This document shows positions 24,462 to 31,716 of a stretch of DNA of 31,716 nucleotides, in pieces. The stretch's first letter is position 1; each line of letters opens with the position of its first letter. The stretch spans positions 1-31,716 of IMG/VR virus record IMGVR_UViG_3300020044_003991; one strand, written 5' to 3'. The DNA comes from a virus. Its lineage: Duplodnaviria > Caudoviricetes. The notes below the pieces were generated by a model. That model saw nothing but the letters and a program-made list of their open reading frames with translations, had not been told where the DNA came from and did no database searches. Both the position numbers and the translations under genes were made by a program.

Positions 24462-26482
24462 CGAAGTAGTCTGTTAGATTTAAGTTCAATTGATGCCGAT
24501 TGTCTTATTACGGATGGGATGGTAATGTTCTTAATAAACCCTTCAATCACTCTTAACGGGTCATCATGCCGCCCGAATGCAATCGGTTTTGACGTGTTAT
24601 CCAATATCGCTTGAATCTCGCCCATTGTTAGCGGTCGGTCGAATTTATAAAGGTATGCACGAACATCGTCAATGTTGACGGGATCAAGTTCTTCATCGGG
24701 ATTGTCGGGATTTAATGGTGCTGCAACAACCTGTAAATTCGTGTAGATTGTTTGACCTGTTGGCACATTAAACAATGAGTTTACAATAGGTTGAGGTACT
24801 CCGTTATCAAAGAAGTTCGCCCGTGCGCTTACATCAACCCTAATCAAGTCACCTGCATTTGCTAAGAATGTGGCAGCATGGCTAATAATTAAACCGTCAG
24901 GTGAGATAATAGCAATCGGTGTACCATTAAATATTTGAATCGGTGTTTCGTCTGATGTTTCGTGCCGTATAGTTACGAACCCCTCATGTTCACCTGCTGC
25001 ACTACCTCCAAGACCACCCAAACAAACAACTGCCGCAGCCGTGTAAATACCCGTAAAAGGAACGGTATAAGAATCTGTTGCATAATATCCGAACGGATTA
25101 ACTACATCTGTTGGAAACGTAACGTAGAGACCTGTTTCGGTTAGGTATGAATTGAATGTTGTTAACTGAATCGCAAAGGTTGGATTCGGTGAATAGTTAG
25201 ACCTTACGTTTACCGTTGGCGAATTAGGAAATGTTGGTGAAGTAAGAAAAGAAAACAAGCTATTCGGAAAACCGTTTAGCCAATTTGCGGACACGTTAAT
25301 ATTTCTTAGACTACCGTTGTATACAGTTTGTGGAATAGGTAAGCTGTACGGATCAAACTTATTCATTTCAAATACTGGAAAGCCAAATAAATAATCAGCA
25401 TCAACGATAACCGGATTCGTATCGTAAGTATCAATGTTGAATCTAAATATATCTTCAATTACGTTCGTGTCAAATATTACATCATTGCTCTTTAGGTCAA
25501 GTATTGCGGATGTATTACACTCACCACCGAAGCCAAATGTTTCATCGCGAAAACCTCTGAACGGTGTCTGTAAAAATGTACAAGCAGTTGAACCGTTATT
25601 GCATTGCTCTTTTTCTAAGAATGGATCGCCTCCAAAATTAACAGCCTGATATAATCTGTCTTTGTCAAATGTAAGTTCTATGCTTGGCTGATCATAAAGG
25701 TTTACGTTTACACCCGATTGATAAAAGTAAGATTCAAGTTCAATCCTAAGTAATGGTCTGCCGTTTGATTGGCGTTCGAAAGCCATTCCTAAGTTCAGTT
25801 TCTTTTTTAAGGCGATGTATAATTGTTCAAATGAAATAACAGTTTCAGAACCTGACCTGTTGCGAATAGCCGCACCGTTTGTTACGATTAATGTGTTGAG
25901 GTAGTTATTTGTTGGCTCCCAAAAAAAGTAGCTTGATTCGAAGTCAACAAGTCCATCACTCATGCAAGTAATCAAATGCCGGAACGCCTCGTAAACTGAA
26001 ATAACACCTACATATTCGTAATCGTAAACACCATCAGCAGGATTAAAGAAGTTGCCGTTAAACACCAAAGGCGGTACTATCACCGTTCCATTCTTCGTAG
26101 TGGTCAAACTAAGTGAAAACGGAATCGACTTATTGTTGTTGATCTTAGTTGAAAACGTGTCATCATACAGCTTGGTTTTGACCTGACATTTATCCAAATC
26201 AAACAAACATTCAGACACTACGATGTAGCCCTTTGTTAAGGTCAACCAATCGTCCGAGCACTCGTAATTAACTTCAACCTCAACCAAGTTACAGAATCCT
26301 GTGTTTGCCAGCTTTTCAAACAAGTAATAGTACATGTCATTACCAAAAATCATTTCATTGTCAAACGATACGATACGAGCGTTAATATCTACGTTCTCGT
26401 TAATGGTCAATCCAAAGTCCTTAGCGTTTAATGGCTGCCCTCTATCCTGACCGTCAACAATAAATTGAATGTCTACTGCCAT
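24458..26482 (-). CDS. tail protein (hub/Tal-like position)
   Basis: 674 aa directly after tape measure; YTVPFTGIY C1q/BclA-like beta segment. Confidence 0.62.
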   Translation of the reverse strand: MAVDIQFIVDGQDRGQPLNAKDFGLTINENVDINARIVSFDNEMIFGNDMYYYLFEKLANTGFCNLVEVEVNYECSDDWLTLTKGYIVVSECLFDLDKCQVKTKLYDDTFSTKINNNKSIPFSLSLTTTKNGTVIVPPLVFNGNFFNPADGVYDYEYVGVISVYEAFRHLITCMSDGLVDFESSYFFWEPTNNYLNTLIVTNGAAIRNRSGSETVISFEQLYIALKKKLNLGMAFERQSNGRPLLRIELESYFYQSGVNVNLYDQPSIELTFDKDRLYQAVNFGGDPFLEKEQCNNGSTACTFLQTPFRGFRDETFGFGGECNTSAILDLKSNDVIFDTNVIEDIFRFNIDTYDTNPVIVDADYLFGFPVFEMNKFDPYSLPIPQTVYNGSLRNINVSANWLNGFPNSLFSFLTSPTFPNSPTVNVRSNYSPNPTFAIQLTTFNSYLTETGLYVTFPTDVVNPFGYYATDSYTVPFTGIYTAAAVVCLGGLGGSAAGEHEGFVTIRHETSDETPIQIFNGTPIAIISPDGLIISHAATFLANAGDLIRVDVSARANFFDNGVPQPIVNSLFNVPTGQTIYTNLQVVAAPLNPDNPDEELDPVNIDDVRAYLYKFDRPLTMGEIQAILDNTSKPIAFGRHDDPLRVIEGFIKNITIPSVIRQSASIELKSNRLLR

Positions 26483-28956
26483 GAATAACGAGAATCGAAT
26501 TGTGAACTAATCGAACGAGTGCGGCTATTGCGGATGTCTTTACGTAAGCCTCTTAATTCAGCCTCCATTGACTTACTGTTGAGTGATGCGTTAACCGTTA
26601 CGCCTTGATCCTGTTTGCGGTTTAAAACGTAATTCATAATAGCCGGACGAACATACCTTTGTTCAATCATTGCTCTGAATGCCTGTGTTGAGGTATTGAT
26701 TGCATCAAGTTCTTTGCGATGTTTGACCGATTGCGAACGTTTTACTATAAACTCATCTTTCTCAGCTTCAATCTGCGTTCCACCTTGTGAATGTAATTTA
26801 CCACCGACAACACCGCCTTGAGCGAATTTAGGGATTGGTTTGGATGCGATTAGTGCGATTTGTGCAGCACCGATAATTCCGGCAATAATCTTCAAAGGAA
26901 TTGTTTTAGCAGTTGCAACGGCTGCGGCAGTTCCGATAACAGCATTAAACAAAGCCAATGCCTTGTCTGCTTTCGCTTGCTTAGTCTTCTCTGCTGCTAT
27001 TGCACGGTTCGCCCTAAGTTCTAATGCCGCACGTTGACGAATCTTGCTGCGTTCGGTATCAAATGATTCATTAATAGCTGCTAATTGAGCCTCTTTTTCG
27101 GTGTTAATTTGAGCAATTCTGTTTTCACCTAGTTGAGCCTGAAGTTCATTGAGTTGATTAAGAACACCTGCAAACGCTTGAGCATATTCAAGTATCGCTT
27201 TTAGTCTTTCATCGTCAATCTTGCTCAAATCATCATTTCGTTTTGCATTAATAATCCTGATTTGATTATCAGCGTCCTTTGTAAATCCAAGAGTTTCTCG
27301 TATACCTTTTACCCTTGCATCAGCCTCCGAATTAATTAACGCCTTTTTAGTTTCTAATGAATTATCGCCTTCAGCTATTTCTGCTTGCAGGAATCTTGAC
27401 CTTTGATTTTGAAGTTCCTCGTTTGTGGTTTCGTCTATTTCTAAAAGTGACTTCTTTTGTAGTTCTGCATACTCTAACCGCTTTTGATTATTTTCTTTTA
27501 TCAAATCATTAATCGCACCTTCGATGTCGGCGGTGAATTTCAAAATTTCAATCTTGTCTTTTTTAATCTTTTTATTCAGGTCTTGGCTTGCTTTAATTCT
27601 TAATACTTGTATTGCATTTTCACGGTCTAAGATTTCCGCATTCATCTCACGAGCCTTGTTGTTTATTTCAATCCTTGCATCCTCATCTAGCTTCACTAAC
27701 TGATCGCCGTTTTTTCTTATTGCGTTAATTATTCTTTTTAAACTTTCAATTTGAATTTGCTCTTTCTTAATCTCAAGATCGGTTGTTTTTTTATTGCCGG
27801 CGTCCAATAAATTTATCCTCCGCTCTAATGCCTTAACTTGAACATCTGTTTTTCTTTTTTCAACCCCAATCAGATTATCCAATGCTTTTTTAGCATCAGC
27901 ACCGCCTTCGTCAATTCCAAGTAATTCTTTTGTTTTATCAATTACTTTACCTATGCTTTCTGCTATAGTATCGAATCCGGGTATTGCATTCGTTATCGCT
28001 TTTTTTACCTTATCAAAGTTCTCAACCAACTCCATTAATCCAACCACCAACAAACCTACTCCGGTCGCAGCCAATGAAAGCCTAAACAACTTCATTGCCC
28101 CTGTTGACTTACCGACCACTAATCCGTAAGCCGACTGAGCAAGTGTTAATATTCCAATCTTCTCAGCACCCTGACCAGTAACTATATTTGCTATTTCTTG
28201 AAGTCCTGTTAAAACTGCGATAGCTGAATTTGTTTTAGCAATAGCTTCTTGCAATTCCTCATTATCTTTTGCAAACAATCCGATAGTACCCTGAGCAACC
28301 GCAAATCCTGCCGCCAATCCTTTTACAGCACCAATAGCGGCATCGAATGCAAATGTATCTGATGCCAACACTTTTACTCTTTGTTGAGTATCGCCTATCT
28401 GATCTTCTAACCGTGCCGCCGCAATCGCAAGATCATTGAACTGTTTTGTTCCACCTTTGCCGGCTGAATCCAATGCCGATAATTCAGCCTTTAGATTCTT
28501 TAACTGCGTCCTGAGTGATGTTGTTTTAGCTGTGTTATTATCAACCGCTTTCGCCTGCTCTTGTACCTGATTGGTAAAAGTCTTTGCAACCTTGATTGAT
28601 TCAACCGCTTCTTTGTTGTTTTTAACAGCCGCCGCACGAGATGCGTTGAGGTTCGCTACCTGTTCTTTTAAACTTACGGCAGTCTTTGCGGCTGAAGTCT
28701 TGACGTTCTCAAATGAAGATTTTATTTCAAGAATAACCTTCTTTGATTCAGTTCCAAGTTTTGCAAGTTGCTTCGATGTTTCCTGTGATGCAAACGCAGC
28801 TTTAGCAGAACTTCCAACTTCCTTAAATGCTTTCGATGCAACTTGCCCGGCTTTAGTTGCTGATTCTGCAATAGCAACATTACCCTTAACCGCTTCTTTT
28901 ACGACCGCTTCAAGTGAATCTGCTTCTGCCTTATACGTTATGAGAACCTCTGCCAT
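26473..28956 (-). CDS. tail tape measure protein
   Basis: 827 aa Ala/Lys-rich helical protein with hydrophobic stretches; C-terminal PKFAQGGVVGGKLHSQGG..EAEKDEFIV. Confidence 0.88.
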   Translation of the reverse strand: MAEVLITYKAEADSLEAVVKEAVKGNVAIAESATKAGQVASKAFKEVGSSAKAAFASQETSKQLAKLGTESKKVILEIKSSFENVKTSAAKTAVSLKEQVANLNASRAAAVKNNKEAVESIKVAKTFTNQVQEQAKAVDNNTAKTTSLRTQLKNLKAELSALDSAGKGGTKQFNDLAIAAARLEDQIGDTQQRVKVLASDTFAFDAAIGAVKGLAAGFAVAQGTIGLFAKDNEELQEAIAKTNSAIAVLTGLQEIANIVTGQGAEKIGILTLAQSAYGLVVGKSTGAMKLFRLSLAATGVGLLVVGLMELVENFDKVKKAITNAIPGFDTIAESIGKVIDKTKELLGIDEGGADAKKALDNLIGVEKRKTDVQVKALERRINLLDAGNKKTTDLEIKKEQIQIESLKRIINAIRKNGDQLVKLDEDARIEINNKAREMNAEILDRENAIQVLRIKASQDLNKKIKKDKIEILKFTADIEGAINDLIKENNQKRLEYAELQKKSLLEIDETTNEELQNQRSRFLQAEIAEGDNSLETKKALINSEADARVKGIRETLGFTKDADNQIRIINAKRNDDLSKIDDERLKAILEYAQAFAGVLNQLNELQAQLGENRIAQINTEKEAQLAAINESFDTERSKIRQRAALELRANRAIAAEKTKQAKADKALALFNAVIGTAAAVATAKTIPLKIIAGIIGAAQIALIASKPIPKFAQGGVVGGKLHSQGGTQIEAEKDEFIVKRSQSVKHRKELDAINTSTQAFRAMIEQRYVRPAIMNYVLNRKQDQGVTVNASLNSKSMEAELRGLRKDIRNSRTRSISSQFDSRYSWQ

Positions 28957-29239
28957 TGTGCGATTTTATAAACTGCTCAAATTTAATTAAAAATAGTTCA
29001 ATATCGCCCTGCCTTAATTCATTGTAATTCTGAACGTCACCTTCAGCCAATGCCATCAACTGGTCTTTCAAGTCTGATTGTACTTTGGCTGCCTTTGTTC
29101 GCGGCGAGAATCGAGTTGGTTCAGAGCCTTGATTAGTAGCTGCTGTTGTTGGACGTTGTGATCCCACAATATCTGAAAGTCGCTTGCTGACATGGTTAAT
29201 AACGGCACGAGTGGTTCGATACCAATTCGGGTAAAAAAA
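28931..29239 (-). CDS. -1 frameshift extension of tail assembly chaperone (gpGT-like)
   Basis: The -1 frame opens exactly at T_TTT_TTT (29233-29239) and runs to 28931, overlapping the tape measure start. Confidence 0.6.
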   Translation of the reverse strand, partial: FFYPNWYRTTRAVINHVSKRLSDIVGSQRPTTAATNQGSEPTRFSPRTKAAKVQSDLKDQLMALAEGDVQNYNELRQGDIELFLIKFEQFIKSHNGRGSHNV

Positions 29240-29673
29240 TCATGCGATCCCTCCTTGCACATCGCATCGAACAGAGTTACTTTTTCTTTGTGAATATCGG
29301 CATTAATAACATTCGGGTTCTCGTCATCCCGAACCAACCAAGTCGCTGCAAGGTTGATCAAGATATCCCGATGAATAACCGTGTCGTTACGCTCGCGGAT
29401 AATGTGGATGTACGTTGCTATTAACGCTGCGTTCTTTGGATTCGACAATCCTGCAGATAATGCAAGTTCCATCTTCTCCAATATTAAATCCATTTCACTT
29501 CCGCTTAATCCGGAACTCAACCGTTCCATTAAAGCCATTACCATCGAAAACCGCTCAATAGGCAGATTAAGTTCTTTTGGAAATTTGTAGTAGGTATGCC
29601 CTGAACGAGAAAAAACCTTAACCATGTTGTCAAAGTTCTTATTGCGTTTGAAGATGTTTTTGAGATTCACCAT
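29068..29673 (-). CDS. tail assembly chaperone (gpG-like); probable start ATG 29673
   Basis: Helical protein directly upstream of tape measure, with a slippery GAT TTT TTT site. Confidence 0.62.
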   Translation of the reverse strand: MVNLKNIFKRNKNFDNMVKVFSRSGHTYYKFPKELNLPIERFSMVMALMERLSSGLSGSEMDLILEKMELALSAGLSNPKNAALIATYIHIIRERNDTVIHRDILINLAATWLVRDDENPNVINADIHKEKVTLFDAMCKEGSHDFFTRIGIEPLVPLLTMSASDFQILWDHNVQQQQLLIKALNQLDSRREQRQPKYNQT

Positions 29674-29867
29674 TTCTTTGCCGGGCATTCTTCTTCAGTT
29701 AGCCGTGTTTTAAATTTTAGTACGCAACCACATAAGCCGCAAGTTATGCCTGTTCTTTCCGGGCAGAACTCACAAACGATTAGCCGATTCTTTGCCATGT
29801 CGCGTGTTGCCTTGTTATCGGTTATTGAGTACCATGCACCTTTGATTACTTTCTCAATTAAGGTCAT
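29667..29867 (-). CDS. small Cys-rich protein (DUF6171-like)
   Basis: RLIVCEFC...CGLCGC...KT......CPAKKW. Confidence 0.7.
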   Translation of the reverse strand: MTLIEKVIKGAWYSITDNKATRDMAKNRLIVCEFCPERTGITCGLCGCVLKFKTRLTEEECPAKKW

Positions 29868-30256
29868 ACCGTAGCACTTAAATCATAAGTAACATACTCA
29901 CCGCCGATTGATTGCACCTTAACTTCGATGCAAGTCTGGTCAACGGCATCAATCTGAAAAGTTACGCGATCGGATATATTAACGTTTTCGGATTCAGCAA
30001 CAACCCATAACTCAACATACGTTCCAGTTGGCAATTCAAGCGGATCGTAAACAAACTCATCGTCAACGGTTCTGCCTGTTACGATTTGTCCTGCATCATT
30101 TACCTCAGCCGTAACATAACCGATCATTCCCGTTGATAGTATCTTGAAATACAACCTCAATTCTGTTCCTTCTGCAAGTTCAGTATCGCCGATTATAAGT
30201 TGTTCAGCGCATTTCGGGATTGTTTCGCCATCAAAACAGGCGGTGCAGATGCTCAT
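29864..30256 (-). CDS. acidic beta-rich hypothetical (probably virion) protein
   Basis: 130 aa, coupled to neighbours, N-terminal CxxC. Confidence 0.6.
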   Translation of the reverse strand: MSICTACFDGETIPKCAEQLIIGDTELAEGTELRLYFKILSTGMIGYVTAEVNDAGQIVTGRTVDDEFVYDPLELPTGTYVELWVVAESENVNISDRVTFQIDAVDQTCIEVKVQSIGGEYVTYDLSATV

Positions 30257-30417
30257 TGTTCAACGTGTATTTGATTAGTTTTGAATAAATGATTGACCAA
30301 ATGTAAAACCTTTTGGCGATTTTTAGCAGATAGGTTCGATTTTTTTTCTGCGATTAGTTTGTATTCTTTCTGCAAATCGTCTAGGTCGCGCTGTGATAGG
30401 TTTATTTTGGTTTTCAT
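30253..30417 (-). CDS. 54 aa hypothetical protein (not in ORF track)
   Basis: MKTKINLSQRDLDDLQKEYKLIAEKKSNLSAKNRQKV...; ATGA overlaps on both sides. Confidence 0.65.
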   Translation of the reverse strand: MKTKINLSQRDLDDLQKEYKLIAEKKSNLSAKNRQKVLHLVNHLFKTNQIHVEQ

Positions 30418-31694
30418 TTCACAAACGTATTAATAAAATATCGAAAACAATCAAGAAAATCTGATCGCTGTTCCATTTTATCACGGTTCTTTTTAACGAT
30501 CGCACCTTCGTTATTGACCTCAACAAGTTTGCAATCCGCGATCAGGTTAATGCAACGGTTTGAAATCTTAACATCTTTCTGAATGAGTGCCATGTTGCAA
30601 TCGGTTCGGCTTGATTCATGTGTTGGATTGGCAGGAAGATAAAACTGTGATTCACTTAAACCGATTAGCTGTTGAAGTTGTTTGTAATTGCTGAAATGAT
30701 CTCGTAAAGCTATTTGCCCATTACCGCCCAACTTATCGCCTGTAATCTTCAACAAACCTTTTTTGTTCTCAGGTATCCGAGCCTTGATAGCATCTGCCAT
30801 TTTAAACAAATCGCCTTTTTGAATCGCAACCTCATCATAAATCCAAGATGACCGCCCCGATACCTGACCGAACAAAGCACAAAACGGGTTGATGTTAAAG
30901 TCAATCGAAACAATGATCGGTAAATTTGGATTATAATCAATCTGAGCAACGTGCCTTGTTTCATCAAAGGCGTGTAAGAATGGATTGTCAGCAGACTTAA
31001 CAGCATCCCAATCACCGTAAAGTAAACGATCACGGTCATAGGGTGAAAGTTTTTCTAACTGCCGGCGGTAATTTTCTTGAAACAATGGATCAGGATTATC
31101 TGTAAGCAATGCACGAACAACCGCTTCATGTGGTTTCAATTGCACATCATTGTTCGCCTTGTCTTTGACGAACCGATTACGAACCCAATCATAACCCGGA
31201 TTAGCTGCCATAAGAACAGGCTGCTTATTATTAATCAGGTTGTACCTAATCCGGCTCGTAACGATCTCAACGTATTTTTTTGAACAACCATTCACCTCGT
31301 CAAAGAAAGCATCTGTAATCTCCAATGATCCGAACTGATACCCATCAGGATCACTGCTGTTATGTTCCAAAGGTTTCAAGTAAATCTGTGAACCATTGCT
31401 AAAGTGAATAACATTCGTTTGTCCGTTTATCTTAACCGTGATGCCTTGCGGATTGGCTGAGAAATACTTCTGCCAAACAATATTGAATGTTTCAAGTGTT
31501 GAGGTCTTTAAATTAGTCAATGTATCTCGACCGATCAATCCACGAGTGCCGGGATAGAATAACCTTCGCATAATTTGCCAACCGCAACCCAAGAATGTTT
31601 TTCCTCCACCAGCTCCACCGCCATAAAGTACATCGGTTACATTCGGATCGTATTCAAGTAGTTCAATAGCTTCCCATTGACGAGGGCTAAACAT
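30414..31694 (-). CDS. terL: terminase large subunit
   Basis: Walker A YGGGAGGGKT, Walker B AFFDEV, coupling motif AANP, RNase H-like SIDFN and DFLDCFRY. Confidence 0.93.
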   Translation of the reverse strand: MFSPRQWEAIELLEYDPNVTDVLYGGGAGGGKTFLGCGWQIMRRLFYPGTRGLIGRDTLTNLKTSTLETFNIVWQKYFSANPQGITVKINGQTNVIHFSNGSQIYLKPLEHNSSDPDGYQFGSLEITDAFFDEVNGCSKKYVEIVTSRIRYNLINNKQPVLMAANPGYDWVRNRFVKDKANNDVQLKPHEAVVRALLTDNPDPLFQENYRRQLEKLSPYDRDRLLYGDWDAVKSADNPFLHAFDETRHVAQIDYNPNLPIIVSIDFNINPFCALFGQVSGRSSWIYDEVAIQKGDLFKMADAIKARIPENKKGLLKITGDKLGGNGQIALRDHFSNYKQLQQLIGLSESQFYLPANPTHESSRTDCNMALIQKDVKISNRCINLIADCKLVEVNNEGAIVKKNRDKMEQRSDFLDCFRYFINTFVK

Positions 31695-31716
31695 TCGGGT
31701 CTTTGAGGTGTTTTAA

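Noticed and set aside
1634-31283. Many plus-strand ORFs opposite long genes (e.g. 1634-2047, 2095-2358, 15938-16270, 28571-28990) and nested minus-strand ORFs (15169, 17192, 19615, 21896, 24001, 30749)
   Set aside because: Shadow or alternate-frame ORFs inside well-supported genes, with no motifs or initiation context.
1-31716. tRNA/rRNA genes, integrase, alternative genetic code
   Set aside because: None recognised by eye; genes tile densely in the standard code.

Overview
A 31.7 kb segment of a tailed dsDNA phage (Caudoviricetes, probably siphovirus-like) that most likely infects a Bacteroidota host. Host evidence: TAnnTTTG promoters, a signal peptide followed by Gln, and a T9SS-like C-terminal domain. 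Almost all of the window is one minus-strand late operon in an unusual order: terminase, tail chaperones, tape measure, tail proteins, tail tube, a four-gene glycosyl/methyltransferase block, portal, MuF-like protein, scaffold, major capsid, neck proteins, fibres, lysis genes. The left end holds RecT/exonuclease recombination genes and a divergent promoter/HTH switch. The strongest leads are: (1) an integrase-less, integron-like array of two gene cassettes (3324-4457) built from hairpins with conserved structure but divergent sequence, one of which supplies the start codon of a C5 DNA methyltransferase; (2) a hidden -1 frameshift extension of the major capsid protein whose last 20 residues match the C-terminus of a tail protein, a possible shared docking tag; (3) a probable virion glycosylation/methylation block; (4) a stand-alone T9SS type-B CTD-like protein and a PAS-HisKA protein lacking an ATPase domain, both inside the lysis module. 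All calls were made by eye, with no database searches.
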